Counted from the first letter of the stretch, positions 38,224-48,270 are shown. The stretch is DNA of 64,000 bases from Alphaproteobacteria bacterium (GCA_965228895.1 OZ245842.1:5120001-5184000), one strand, 5' to 3'. Made by a program: numbers and translations. The notes: a model not told the origin generated them from the letters alone.

Positions 38224-38282
38224 GGCCGGGCTGGTGGCGCCAAGCGGTAGAAAATGCCGCGCACCCGGCCTGCGGTAGCATG
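38224..38282 (+). promoter_or_regulatory. JUMPstart/ops-like leader element
   Basis: Hairpin GGCCGGG...GCGGTAG...CCCGGCC followed by TGCGGTAGCATG (ops consensus GGCGGTAGnnTG), 38 nt before the pseB ATG. Confidence 0.65.
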
Positions 38283-38320
38283 CCTAACGCCTTGATTTTA
38301 CTCACTTTATACCCTCAAAC

Positions 38321-39349
38321 ATGACCTTCCGACGTTTCGACACGCCGACGCCCGATCTGAACGGCGCCTCCATTCTGGTGACTGGCGGTACCGGCTCCTT
38401 CGGCCGCGCCTTCGTGAAGACGGTTTTGGAGCGGTATGAGCCCGCGCGGCTGGCGGTGCTGTCGCGCGACGAGCTGAAGCAATTCGAAATGCAGCAGGAT
38501 CCCCTTATCGGCAAAAAGCCCTGCATGCGGTTTTTTATCGGCGACGTGCGCGATGGCAGTCGCCTCGAAAGTGCCATGCGCGACGTTGACGTCGTCATTC
38601 ACGCGGCGGCTCTGAAGCAGATCACGACCGCCGAGTACAATCCCTTTGAGTGCGTGCACACCAATGTCATGGGTGCTGAGAATGTGGTCCAGGCGGCCAT
38701 CCGCATGGGTGTCAAAAAGGTTGTGGCGCTCTCCACCGATAAGGCGGCCAATCCGGTCAATCTCTACGGCGCCAGCAAGCTTGCTTCCGACAAGATATTC
38801 GTCGCCGGCAACAACATGAGTGGTTCGGTCGGCACACGATTTGCCGTGGTGCGCTACGGTAACGTTCTGGGTTCGCGCGGCAGCGTTGTGCCTGTGTTCC
38901 GCAATCTGCTGTCCGCCGGCGAAACCGAGCTTCCGGTGACCGACGCGCGCATGACGCGGTTCTGGATCACGCTGCAGCAGGGCGTCGACTTTGTTCTTTC
39001 CTCTCTGAAGATGATGACTGGCGGCGAGATCTTCGTACCGAAGATTCCCTCGACGAGTTTGATTGAATTGGCGCGCGCCATGGCGCCGGATGCCACCCAT
39101 CGGGTCATCGGCATCCGTCCGGGCGAAAAGCTCCATGAGATCATGATCACCGAAGACGACTCGCGTTCGACCGTCGAGCTGGCCGACCGCTACGTCATCG
39201 AACCCGCATTCAATTGGTGGGATCGCGATCCTTATCTTGAGAACGGCGCGACACGCGTTGACGACGGCTTTGTCTTCGCCAGCAACCGCAACAACGAGAC
39301 GCTGGATGCCAACGGCCTGGTTCGCCTGCTGACAGAGGCGGGCGTTTGA
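38321..39349 (+). CDS. pseB: UDP-GlcNAc 4,6-dehydratase (inverting)
   Basis: VTGGTGSFG, SRDELKQ, IGDVRD, HAAALKQ, EYNPFEC, STDKAANP, YGASK, VRYGNVLGSRGS, IRPGEKLHE. Confidence 0.95.
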   Translation: MTFRRFDTPTPDLNGASILVTGGTGSFGRAFVKTVLERYEPARLAVLSRDELKQFEMQQDPLIGKKPCMRFFIGDVRDGSRLESAMRDVDVVIHAAALKQITTAEYNPFECVHTNVMGAENVVQAAIRMGVKKVVALSTDKAANPVNLYGASKLASDKIFVAGNNMSGSVGTRFAVVRYGNVLGSRGSVVPVFRNLLSAGETELPVTDARMTRFWITLQQGVDFVLSSLKMMTGGEIFVPKIPSTSLIELARAMAPDATHRVIGIRPGEKLHEIMITEDDSRSTVELADRYVIEPAFNWWDRDPYLENGATRVDDGFVFASNRNNETLDANGLVRLLTEAGV

Positions 39350-40545
39350 CGGCAGAGCCGCACTTTCTGCCTTACGGCCGCCACACGATCGAGGCCGACG
39401 ACATTGCCGCTGTCAGCGCGGTCCTGCAAAGCGACTTTCTGACCACCGGTCCTGCCGTTGATGCGTTTGAATCGGCTTTTGCCGCGGCAACCGGCGCCCG
39501 GCACGCTGTTGCGCTCAGCAGCGGCACGGCGGCTCTGCACCTGGCCACACTTGCGCTTGGCCTCGGGCCAGGCGACGCGGCGGTCGTGCCGTCGATCACG
39601 TTTGTTGCGACCGCCAATGTCGCCGAACTGGTCGGCGCCCAGGTGTTGTTCGCCGATGTCGATGCCGCTACCGGGCTGATGACGCCCGCAACACTCGAGG
39701 CCGCATTATCGCGACGGGGCGATGCGACGCCGCGCGCGGTCTTTCCCGTCCACTTGAACGGCCAGTCGGTCGACATGGCAGGCCTTAAACACGTTGCGGA
39801 CCGCCATGATCTCAAGATCGTCGAGGACGCCTGTCATGCGCTTGGCGGTACGGTCGGCGGTCGACCGGTCGGCGATTGCGTGAACAGCGACATGGCGATG
39901 TTCTCGCTGCATCCTGTCAAGACGATCGCGATGGGCGAGGGCGGCGTCCTGACGACCAACGATGACGACGTTGCCGCGTCACTGCGCGGCCTAAGGAACC
40001 ACGGACTTGTCCGCGACGCCGCACTGTTTGAGAACACGGCAATGGCCTTTGACGACAACGGCGATGCCAATCCCTGGTACTACGAACTGCACGCGCCCGC
40101 TTTCAACTACAGGGCCAGTGACATCCATTGTGCGTTGGGAACCAGCCAGCTTGCGAAGCTCGAGCGGTTCGTCGAAGCGCGGCGCAAACTGGCAAAGACG
40201 TATGACGATGAACTAGCGGATCTTGCGCCGATGGTTCGGCCGGTTCCCCGCATCGACCATGGCGAGAGTGGCTGGCATCTCTATGTGGTGCAGATCGATT
40301 TCGACGCCATCGGCAGGGAACGTTCTGCGGTGATGCGTGATCTCAGGCAGAACGGCGTCGGCACCCAGGTGCACTACATTCCCATTCATCGCCAGCCCTA
40401 CTACCGCGAGCGCCATGGCAATCTGGATCTGCCCGGCGCCGACGCGTACTACCGGCGCTGCCTGTCGCTGCCTCTCTACCCGACGATGACGGAAACCGAT
40501 GTCGCGCGGGTGGTTTCGGCGCTTCGCGACGTAACGGGCGCCTGA
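39346..40545 (+). CDS. pseC: UDP-4-amino-4,6-dideoxy-AltNAc transaminase
   Basis: LPYGRHTI, LTTGP, SSGTAALH, EDACHALG, FSLHPVK...GEGG, GTQVHYIP. Confidence 0.92.
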   Translation: MTAEPHFLPYGRHTIEADDIAAVSAVLQSDFLTTGPAVDAFESAFAAATGARHAVALSSGTAALHLATLALGLGPGDAAVVPSITFVATANVAELVGAQVLFADVDAATGLMTPATLEAALSRRGDATPRAVFPVHLNGQSVDMAGLKHVADRHDLKIVEDACHALGGTVGGRPVGDCVNSDMAMFSLHPVKTIAMGEGGVLTTNDDDVAASLRGLRNHGLVRDAALFENTAMAFDDNGDANPWYYELHAPAFNYRASDIHCALGTSQLAKLERFVEARRKLAKTYDDELADLAPMVRPVPRIDHGESGWHLYVVQIDFDAIGRERSAVMRDLRQNGVGTQVHYIPIHRQPYYRERHGNLDLPGADAYYRRCLSLPLYPTMTETDVARVVSALRDVTGA

Positions 40546-40557
40546 GAACACACGACA

Positions 40558-41718
40558 ATGGTTCGTTACTGCAAATCTTGCCTGTATCCGGATTCGAAAC
40601 CGGATCTAAGTTTCGATGAAGACGGCGTATGCAGCGCCTGTACGGCTTTTGACGCCCGCACCGAGATCGATTGGGAGGCAAGGCGGCAGGAGTTTCTTGA
40701 CATCGTCGCGCAGTATCGCAGCCGCGATGGCAGTAACTACGACTGCATTGTTCCGGTTTCAGGGGGCAAAGATTCAACCTACCAAGTGTTGCGTCTGCTG
40801 GAAGCTGATCTCAACCCTCTCTGCGTGACCGCCATGACAGATGCGCTGTCGGACATCGGCCGGCGTAACATCGAAAACATCAAGAGCCTTGGCGTTGACC
40901 ATATCGAAGTAACGATGAATCCGGTGATCCGCCGGCGTCTCAACAAGCTTGCGTTAACGCAAGTGGGTGATATCTCGTGGCCGGAGCACGTGACGATCTT
41001 TACGGTGCCCGTCCGTATCGCCGTGCAGCTCGGCATTCGCCTGATTGTATGGGGCGAAAATCCTCAGAACGAATACGGTGGCCCGGCCGCCGCGAGCGAG
41101 CACCAGACCTTAACCCGCCGGTGGCTGGAGGAGTTCGGTGGTCTGCTGGGCCTTCGTGTCAGTGATCTCGTCGAATTGGACGGTATCGAGCGGCGTCACC
41201 TCATCCAGTACGTCTACCCCAGCGACGACGCTCTTTCGGCTGCGGGCGTCACCGGAATTTTTCTGGGCCATTATTTTCCTTGGGATGGCTGGACAAACGC
41301 GCTGTTGGCACAAGCCCATGGTTTCGAGACGCTGCCTCATCTGGTTGAAGGCTCGCTCGCCAACTATGAGAACCTCGACAACCACCAAACCGGCATCCAC
41401 GACTACTTCAAGTTCTTGAAGTTTGGTTTCGGCCGCGCGACAGACATTGCCAATAACCACATTCGGCGTGGCCGTCTGTCGCGTGAGGACGCAGTCAGCA
41501 TCGTCAGGCGCCATGACGGTGCGTTCCCGCGGACCTGCCTGGGCCGGCCTCTCGAAGATATTCTGCGCGAGATCGATATGACGACGGAGGAGTTCCATCG
41601 GGTCTGCGATCAGTTCACCAACAAGCGCATCTTTGTCTGCGGCAACGATGGCCAACCGGTGCGCGACAAAGACGGCAACCTTAGACTTCTTGATGCGAGC
41701 TACGGATCGGACTCATGA
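40558..41718 (+). CDS. N-acetyl sugar amidotransferase (PseA/WbpG/WbuX type; acetamidino formation)
   Basis: CKSC...CSAC, DCIVPVSGGKDS PP-loop, WGEN..EYGG, HDYFKFLKFGFGRAT, IRRG. Confidence 0.88.
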   Translation: MVRYCKSCLYPDSKPDLSFDEDGVCSACTAFDARTEIDWEARRQEFLDIVAQYRSRDGSNYDCIVPVSGGKDSTYQVLRLLEADLNPLCVTAMTDALSDIGRRNIENIKSLGVDHIEVTMNPVIRRRLNKLALTQVGDISWPEHVTIFTVPVRIAVQLGIRLIVWGENPQNEYGGPAAASEHQTLTRRWLEEFGGLLGLRVSDLVELDGIERRHLIQYVYPSDDALSAAGVTGIFLGHYFPWDGWTNALLAQAHGFETLPHLVEGSLANYENLDNHQTGIHDYFKFLKFGFGRATDIANNHIRRGRLSREDAVSIVRRHDGAFPRTCLGRPLEDILREIDMTTEEFHRVCDQFTNKRIFVCGNDGQPVRDKDGNLRLLDASYGSDS

Positions 41719-42335
41719 CGTCCGTCGCCATCGTTGACTACGGTCTTTGCAATCTCGACTCGATAAGGCGTGCGACAGAAGAGTGTGGCGGCCAAGTCCG
41801 GGTTACCGACAAGCCCGACGATTTGGCTGACGCCGAGCGCATCATCCTGCCCGGCGTCGGATCGTTTGCGAAAGCCATGGAGAACCTTCACGCGCGGGGC
41901 TTTGCCGCGGCTCTAACAGAAGCTGTCAAGACGCGTCGGGTCCCGCTGTTGGGTATTTGTCTTGGCATGCACCTGCTTGGAGAAGAAGGCACCGAGGGCG
42001 GTCCATGCCCGGGCCTGGGTCTTTTGCGAGGCAGGATCACGCGCCTTAAACCAGCAAACGGCGCGGGAACCGAACGCGTTCCGCATATCGGCTGGAATGA
42101 TGTGCATCCGGCCGGCGTGTCATCGCTTTTCGACGGCGTTGCGCCCGGTACCGACTTTTACTTCGTGCACGGTTATCGGCTTGAAAGCCCGGCCGAAGAA
42201 ACACTGTGTACCGTCGACTACTGTGGCCAGACCGTTGCCGCCGCCGGCAACGCCCAAGTCATGGCTGTCCAGTTTCACCCGGAAAAAAGTCAGACCGCTG
42301 GTTTCCAGGTGCTGAAGAACTTCCTGATCTCGTGA
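41715..42335 (+). CDS. HisH-like glutamine amidotransferase of the amidino cassette (WbuY-like)
   Basis: IVDYG, LPGVGSF, GICLGM, VPHIGWN, YFVH, QFHPEKS. Confidence 0.88.
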   Translation: MTSVAIVDYGLCNLDSIRRATEECGGQVRVTDKPDDLADAERIILPGVGSFAKAMENLHARGFAAALTEAVKTRRVPLLGICLGMHLLGEEGTEGGPCPGLGLLRGRITRLKPANGAGTERVPHIGWNDVHPAGVSSLFDGVAPGTDFYFVHGYRLESPAEETLCTVDYCGQTVAAAGNAQVMAVQFHPEKSQTAGFQVLKNFLIS

Positions 42336-43094
42336 ATGCTGAAGCACCGCGTCATGCCGACGTTGCTCCTCAAAGAGGTGGGGTTGGTCAAGGGTGTCGC
42401 GTTCGACTCATGGCGGCGGGTCGGTGCGGCCATGCAGACGGTCAAGGTCTACAACATGCGACAGGTCGACGAGCTCGTCTTCCTGGACATCGCCGCGACG
42501 CCGAACGGCAACGCGCCGGACTTTCACCTTATCGACGAACTGGCTGATGCGTGTTTCATGCCCATGACGGTCGGCGGCGGTGTTCGTTCGGTGGATGATA
42601 TGCGGTCGCTGTTGGCCGTTGGCGCGGACAAGGTTGCGATCAACAGCGCGGCTGTTGAAGATCCTTCGCTGATATCCAAAGGCGCTGAAGAGTTCGGTTC
42701 GCAGTGCATCACCGTTTCCATCGATGTGAAGCGACAATCCGATGGCCGCACTGAAGTCGTCACGCGATGCGGTACCCATGAGACAGGCCTCGACCCCGTC
42801 GCGTGGGCACGCGATGTCGAGCAACGGGGTGGCGGCGAGATCCTGTTGGGATCGGTTGACCGGGATGGAACGATGTCCGGCTATGATGTCGACACGATAC
42901 GTGCGGTCAGCGATGCCGTCGGCATTCCGGTTATCGCATCTGGCGGCGCCGGCAGCTTCCAGGATATGGCCGACGCGATCAAGCAGGGCGGTGCTGATGC
43001 GGTCGCCGCTGCCAGCATCTTTCATTTTACCGAAATGACACCGAAAGAAGCCAAGCGTTACCTGCGCGACCAGGGCTTGCCGGTTCGCCTATGA
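42336..43094 (+). CDS. HisF-like cyclase-fold protein of the amidino cassette (WbuZ-like)
   Basis: LVKGVAF, DELVFLDI, VGGGVRS, GADKVAINS, DRDGTMSGYD, ASGG, ASIFHF. Confidence 0.88.
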   Translation: MLKHRVMPTLLLKEVGLVKGVAFDSWRRVGAAMQTVKVYNMRQVDELVFLDIAATPNGNAPDFHLIDELADACFMPMTVGGGVRSVDDMRSLLAVGADKVAINSAAVEDPSLISKGAEEFGSQCITVSIDVKRQSDGRTEVVTRCGTHETGLDPVAWARDVEQRGGGEILLGSVDRDGTMSGYDVDTIRAVSDAVGIPVIASGGAGSFQDMADAIKQGGADAVAAASIFHFTEMTPKEAKRYLRDQGLPVRL

Positions 43095-43822
43095 CCGCCG
43101 TGACCGCGATCATCGTCCAGGCCCGGCAGTCGTCGACGCGGCTTCCGGGAAAGGTGTTGTTGCCGCTGGGCGGTCAGACGGTGTTGTGGCATGTCCTGAC
43201 GCGATGCGGTGCTGTGGAAGCTGCCGATCTCGTTTGCTGCGCGATCCCTGAAAACGACATTGGCGGGCCGCTGGAACGGGAGGCCGATCGCGCGGGCGTT
43301 ACGGTCGCCGGCGGTTCCGAACACGACGTCCTCGCGCGCTATCGTGATGCCGCACGCGAAGTCGGTGCTGATGTCGTGATGCGTGTCACCAGCGACTGTC
43401 CCGTCATCGACCCGCACGTGTGCGACAGCGTGCTTGCTGCCCTAGCGGAGGCTGGTGCCGACTACGCATGCAACAACATGCCGCGCACCTGGCCACACGG
43501 CTTGGACTGCGAAGCCTTCACGCGCAGCATCCTCGAACGCGCTGCGGATATCGCGACGGACCCTTACGACCGTGAACATGTGACGCCCTGGTTGCGTCGC
43601 GATCCAGACGTGCGATGTGTCAATGTCGCTGGCCCAGGTGGTGAACTGGCGCATCAACGCTGGACACTCGACTATCCCGAAGATTACGCGTTCTTCGAGG
43701 CGCTCATGCCTCACCTGTCATCACGGTCACGCATGGCAGGCCATGCCGAGATCGCCGCGATTATTGAGGCGCATCCCGAGATTGCGGCGTTGAACGCCGG
43801 GCGCCGGATCGACGCTGCCTAA
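43091..43822 (+). CDS. SpsF/FlmC-type cytidylyltransferase (PseF function likely)
   Basis: IVQARQSSTRLPGKVL, GSEHDVLARY, RVTSDCP, GLDCE, REHVT, WTLDYPED. Confidence 0.85.
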   Translation: MTAVTAIIVQARQSSTRLPGKVLLPLGGQTVLWHVLTRCGAVEAADLVCCAIPENDIGGPLEREADRAGVTVAGGSEHDVLARYRDAAREVGADVVMRVTSDCPVIDPHVCDSVLAALAEAGADYACNNMPRTWPHGLDCEAFTRSILERAADIATDPYDREHVTPWLRRDPDVRCVNVAGPGGELAHQRWTLDYPEDYAFFEALMPHLSSRSRMAGHAEIAAIIEAHPEIAALNAGRRIDAA

Positions 43823-43833
43823 GGGACCTAACG

Positions 43834-44472
43834 TTGACTGACCCAATTCCTGAGACCGATCAGCTAAAGTTCTGGCGCGGCGAATTCGGCAACAATTATA
43901 CCGATCGCAATGCCAACACACAGGCGGAGATTCAAGCGCGTGTTGCGCTGTGGTCGACAATCATGGCGCGTCTTGTTGGCGCGCCGCCACAGAGCATCCT
44001 CGAGGTCGGGGCCAACATCGGCAACAACCTGCGGGCATTGCGGCAGCTCACGTCCGCGACATTCTTGGCGGTCGAGCCCAACGAAAAAGCACGGCAGACC
44101 CTGGTCGACGACGGCGTGGTGGACGCGAAGAACGTGCGCGGTGGATTCGCTGCGGCCATCGACTTGCCGACCGCTTCCGTGGATCTTGTCTTCACCAGCG
44201 GCGTACTCATCCATATTCATCCCGACGACCTCGCCGTATCATGCGCCGAGATCCATCGCGTCTGCCGACGTTATCTCTGCTGCGTCGAATATTTCGCCGA
44301 TAAGCCGGAGGAGCTCAGCTATCGCGGCCATAGCGAGCGCCTTTTCAAACGAGACTTCGGTGCCATGTGGCTCGACAATCACGATGACCTGCAGGTGGTC
44401 GACTACGGTTTTGTTTGGAAACCCATGACCGGTCTGGACAACCTGACCTGGTGGCTTTTCGAGAAACGCTAG
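43834..44472 (+). CDS. Pseudaminic-acid-associated SAM methyltransferase
   Basis: FWRGEFGNNYTDRN, LEVGANIGNN, DLVFTSGVLIHI, YRGH..LFKRDF, WWLFEK. Confidence 0.85.
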   Translation: MTDPIPETDQLKFWRGEFGNNYTDRNANTQAEIQARVALWSTIMARLVGAPPQSILEVGANIGNNLRALRQLTSATFLAVEPNEKARQTLVDDGVVDAKNVRGGFAAAIDLPTASVDLVFTSGVLIHIHPDDLAVSCAEIHRVCRRYLCCVEYFADKPEELSYRGHSERLFKRDFGAMWLDNHDDLQVVDYGFVWKPMTGLDNLTWWLFEKR

Positions 44473-44476
44473 CGAC

Positions 44477-45910
44477 ATGAGACATGCCGTCTTTCGCTGC
44501 CGCGCTGGCGCCCATATTGGCGGTGGTCATGTCGTGCGGTGTCTGGCTCTGGCCGACAGACTCGTGACGCTAGGCTGGCGCTGCAGCTTCGCGGTCAACA
44601 AGGAAGCTGTCGCTACGGTTGGTTCTCTGACGTCGGCATCCCTTGCGATCCATGATCTCGACGATTTTGACGGTGCCGACTTGTTGGTGATCGACGATTA
44701 CGACGCCGACGCTGTTACCGAGAGTAGCTTGCGCGATCGTGCCCGGCAGATCGTCTGTATCGATGATCTCGCAGATCGACCGCATCAATGTGATGTGCTG
44801 CTGGATCCAACGCTCGAGCGAACGAGCGACGACTATCAAGGTCTTGTGCAATCGTCTTGCCGCATGTTGCTGGGCCCAGACTACGCCCTGGTGCGCGAAG
44901 AGTTCACAGTGCGCCGCCACCAGGCGCTCGAGCGCGACGTCGGTGAAGTGCGTCGTGTCCTCGTAGCCCCAGGCCAGGTTGATCAGGCTGATCTTGCCGG
45001 TTTGGCGGTTGCCGCGGTCCGACAGGTCTTGCCCGATGCCGCCATCGATGTCGTGCTTGGCCAATCGGCGCCACACCGCCGGCGCGTTGCGGATCTGGCA
45101 GATGACAACGTAACCCTGCATGTCGATCTGGATGGTGCCGGCGTTGCCGATTTGATGACACGTGCTGATTTGGCGATCGGCGCCGGTGGCGGGGGGACGT
45201 GGGAACGATGTGTGCTCGGACTGCCGACGGTCGTTGTGGTGGTCGCGGACAACCAGGCGGGTATAGCGGCCGGCTTGGAACGAGCCGGCGCCGCCGTGGT
45301 AGCGGGCCGAATGGATGACGTCGATGCCGCCCGTTTGGGTGAACTGGTCGCCGGGATTGCCGGTCAACCACAAACACTTAGGCGAATCACCGAGAAGGCG
45401 GCTGCCCTGTGCGACGGTCGCGGCGTCTTCAGAACTGCGGTGGCAATAGTGCCGCATCTCGTTGCGGCCAACGATCATCATGTTCGGTTACGCGCGGCCG
45501 AGTTTGATGATTGCGCCCAGATGTATGATTGGCAGCGAGATCCGGATACAAGGCGCCACGCGCGCAACACCGACGTGCCGACCTGGCCTGAGCATCAGGC
45601 GTGGTTGCGTGGGAAGCTAGAAGACGAAAACTGCCTGTTCACGATTATCGAGCGCGATCAAGAGGCAGCCGGCGTGTTGCGGCTCGATCGGCGAGACGAC
45701 AGTTTCGAGGTTTCGATTGTTGTTGCGCCCGAGCACCGCGCTACCGGTGTAGGTGCAGCGGCCCTTCGGCTTGGACGCGACCTTGTGCCTGGTCACGCGT
45801 TGACCGCCTATGTCAAACCCCAGAACAAAGCGTCAGAACGGCTGTTTCGCCAGGCCGGGTATGAAGTCGACGGCGACGGCCTCTACCGCCAACTCCCCGA
45901 GGCGGCTTAG
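44477..45910 (+). CDS. pseG: PseG UDP-sugar hydrolase fused to a PseH-like GNAT acetyltransferase
   Basis: IGGGHVVRCLALA, IDDLADR, LLGPDYALVR, AIGAGG..WERC..GLP, ADNQ; C-terminal WPEHQAW, VSIVV...RATGVG, NKASERLF. Confidence 0.85.
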   Translation: MRHAVFRCRAGAHIGGGHVVRCLALADRLVTLGWRCSFAVNKEAVATVGSLTSASLAIHDLDDFDGADLLVIDDYDADAVTESSLRDRARQIVCIDDLADRPHQCDVLLDPTLERTSDDYQGLVQSSCRMLLGPDYALVREEFTVRRHQALERDVGEVRRVLVAPGQVDQADLAGLAVAAVRQVLPDAAIDVVLGQSAPHRRRVADLADDNVTLHVDLDGAGVADLMTRADLAIGAGGGGTWERCVLGLPTVVVVVADNQAGIAAGLERAGAAVVAGRMDDVDAARLGELVAGIAGQPQTLRRITEKAAALCDGRGVFRTAVAIVPHLVAANDHHVRLRAAEFDDCAQMYDWQRDPDTRRHARNTDVPTWPEHQAWLRGKLEDENCLFTIIERDQEAAGVLRLDRRDDSFEVSIVVAPEHRATGVGAAALRLGRDLVPGHALTAYVKPQNKASERLFRQAGYEVDGDGLYRQLPEAA

Positions 45911-45915
45911 GACGC

Positions 45916-46989
45916 ATGGGACGTCAGGACCTTAACATCGCGGGACGACCGATCGGCCCCGGCCATCCGCCCTTTGTTATCGCGGAACTGTCCGGCAACC
46001 ATAACGGCAGCCTTGACCGCGCCATCGGGCTGGTCGAGGCCGCGGCAGCCGCCGGTGCGGACGCCGTTAAACTCCAGACCTATACGGCCGACACCATCAC
46101 AATCGACCATGATGGGCCGGAGTTCCGACTGACCGAGGGGCTTTGGGCCGGCCGCACGCTTCACGAGCTTTATCAGGAAGCCCATACGCCCTGGGAATGG
46201 CATGAGACCTTGTTTCGGCGTGGCCGTGACCTCGGGCTCATCGTGTTCAGCTCGCCGTTCGATCCAACGGCTATCGATTTTCTCGAAGCGCTCGATGCGC
46301 CCGCCTACAAGATCGCCTCGTTCGAGATTGTCGACCTTCCGTTGATAAGACATGCAGCGCGAACCGGAAAACCGTTGATCGTCTCAACCGGTATGGCGCG
46401 GCTCGACGAGATTGACGAAGCGATTGGGGCGGCGCGCGATGAAGGCAACGACAACATCGCGTTGCTGCATTGCGTCAGCGGCTATCCGACGCCGACAGAC
46501 GAGGCGAACCTAAGCACCATCGCCGATCTCGCCGAACGGTTCGATGTCACAGTCGGTCTTTCGGATCATACGCTGGGGATTGTTGTGCCCATTTGTGCCG
46601 TCAGCCTGGGTGCGACGATCATCGAAAAACACATGACCGGCGCGCGTGCCGATGGCGGTCCCGATGCGGCGTTCTCGCTTGAACCCGACGAGTTCAAGGC
46701 TCTGACGAAAGGGTGCCGCACGGCCTTTGGCGCGATCGGCACGGTCGACTATGACCTGAAGCCGAGCGAAGCGGATAACGTCATGCTAAGGCGCTCGCTT
46801 TACGCCGTCGATGATGTCGCCGAGGGCGAGGTCTTCACGGCGGAAAATGTACGCTCCATCCGTCCCGGCTTCGGTCTACAGCCCAAGTTTATGCCATTGG
46901 TGTTGGGCCGGCGGGCGACGGGTCCGATCCCGCGTGGGACCGCACTGCAAGAAGATCACGTTTCAGGACTGAGTGCGGATGCCAAGTAA
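45916..46989 (+). CDS. pseI: Pseudaminic acid synthase
   Basis: IAELSGNHNGS, AVKLQTYTADTIT, HTPWEWH, YKIASFE, LHCVSGYP, GLSDHT, IEKH, SAF domain RRSLY...IRPGFGL. Confidence 0.93.
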   Translation: MGRQDLNIAGRPIGPGHPPFVIAELSGNHNGSLDRAIGLVEAAAAAGADAVKLQTYTADTITIDHDGPEFRLTEGLWAGRTLHELYQEAHTPWEWHETLFRRGRDLGLIVFSSPFDPTAIDFLEALDAPAYKIASFEIVDLPLIRHAARTGKPLIVSTGMARLDEIDEAIGAARDEGNDNIALLHCVSGYPTPTDEANLSTIADLAERFDVTVGLSDHTLGIVVPICAVSLGATIIEKHMTGARADGGPDAAFSLEPDEFKALTKGCRTAFGAIGTVDYDLKPSEADNVMLRRSLYAVDDVAEGEVFTAENVRSIRPGFGLQPKFMPLVLGRRATGPIPRGTALQEDHVSGLSADAK

Positions 46990-48268
46990 GCTTGCCTTGT
47001 TCGGCGGCGCGCCGGCCATCGATTACGAACTCAAACCCTATCGCACGATAGGCGAGGAAGAGCGCACGGCCGTCGACCAGGTCATGAAGACCGGCGAGCT
47101 CTCCGGTTTTGTCGGCGCATGGTGCGACGCCTTCAACGGCGGCCCGCAGGTTCAGGCGTTCGAAGCCGCCTGGCAGGAGAAATTCGGCGTACGCCATGCC
47201 ATATCGGTCAACTCGAACACATCCGGTTTGTTCGCCGCCATGGGCGCCATCGGGCTCGGGCCCGGCGACGAGGTGATTGTTCCGCCCTATACCATGTCGG
47301 CAACGGTCATGGCGCCGTTGATCTATGGCGGCATTCCGGTGTTTGTCGATATCGAGCCCGAAACCTTCTGTCTTGATATCGACCTCGTACGTCAGGCGAT
47401 CACACCGCGCACGCGTGCCATCTTGGTCGTCAACCTGTTCGGCCATCCCGCTGAACTGCATGGGCTGCGCGAACTCGCCGATGATCGGGGCATCGTGCTG
47501 ATCGAGGATAACGCCCAGGCTCCACTGGCGACCGAAGACGGAGTTATGACTGGCACGATCGGGCATATCGGCGTTTTCAGTCTGAACTACCACAAGCACT
47601 TTCACACCGGCGAAGGCGGCGTGTGCACGACCGACGACGACGACCTTGCCCAGCGGCTGAGGCTGATTCGCAATCATGGTGAAAACGTTGTCGAGCCGCT
47701 GGCGATCGACGATGCCACCAACCTGATCGGCTTCAACTATCGCCTGACGGAGTTGAGTGCGGCGGTCGGCATTGAACAGCTCAAGAAGGCCGATGCTCTC
47801 GTGTCCGGCCGCGAGTCCGTTTCGCTGCGCTTGTCGGACGGCGTACGCGGACTTCCCGGTCTAACGCCGCCTGCAGTCCGCGACGGTTGCCGCCATGTCT
47901 TCTATCACTGGGGCGCACGCTACGACGAGAGCGCCACAGGTGTTTCCAGGGAGACGGTGGCGCGCGCCTTGGCGGCGGAAGGCGTTCCGGTTTGGCAGGG
48001 TTATGTGGCGCCGCTCTACATGCTTCCAGTCTTTCAGCGGCGCCATGCCATCGGTCGGGACGGCTTTCCGTTCACCTTGACCGACCGACAATACGACCGC
48101 GGCCTCTGTCCAGTCGCCGAGCGATGTCACGAACGCGAGCTGTTGGAGTTCGCCGTTTGCGTGTTCGACATGTCGGATGCCGAAACAAACGCCGTTATCA
48201 ATGCGTTCCAAAAGGTCTTTGAGAACTTGTCTGATCTCTCCAATCTGGCCAGTGAGAAGGCGAGTTGA
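46979..48268 (+). CDS. Second DegT/DnrJ/EryC1 PLP sugar aminotransferase
   Basis: EDNAQA, FSLNYHKHFHTGEGG, IRNHGE, GFNYRLTE. Confidence 0.9.
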   Translation: MPSKLALFGGAPAIDYELKPYRTIGEEERTAVDQVMKTGELSGFVGAWCDAFNGGPQVQAFEAAWQEKFGVRHAISVNSNTSGLFAAMGAIGLGPGDEVIVPPYTMSATVMAPLIYGGIPVFVDIEPETFCLDIDLVRQAITPRTRAILVVNLFGHPAELHGLRELADDRGIVLIEDNAQAPLATEDGVMTGTIGHIGVFSLNYHKHFHTGEGGVCTTDDDDLAQRLRLIRNHGENVVEPLAIDDATNLIGFNYRLTELSAAVGIEQLKKADALVSGRESVSLRLSDGVRGLPGLTPPAVRDGCRHVFYHWGARYDESATGVSRETVARALAAEGVPVWQGYVAPLYMLPVFQRRHAIGRDGFPFTLTDRQYDRGLCPVAERCHERELLEFAVCVFDMSDAETNAVINAFQKVFENLSDLSNLASEKAS

Positions 48269-48270
48269 CC

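Noticed and set aside
41715-43094. hisH/hisF as histidine biosynthesis genes
   Set aside because: Coupled to an N-acetyl sugar amidotransferase in a glycan operon, with no other his genes.
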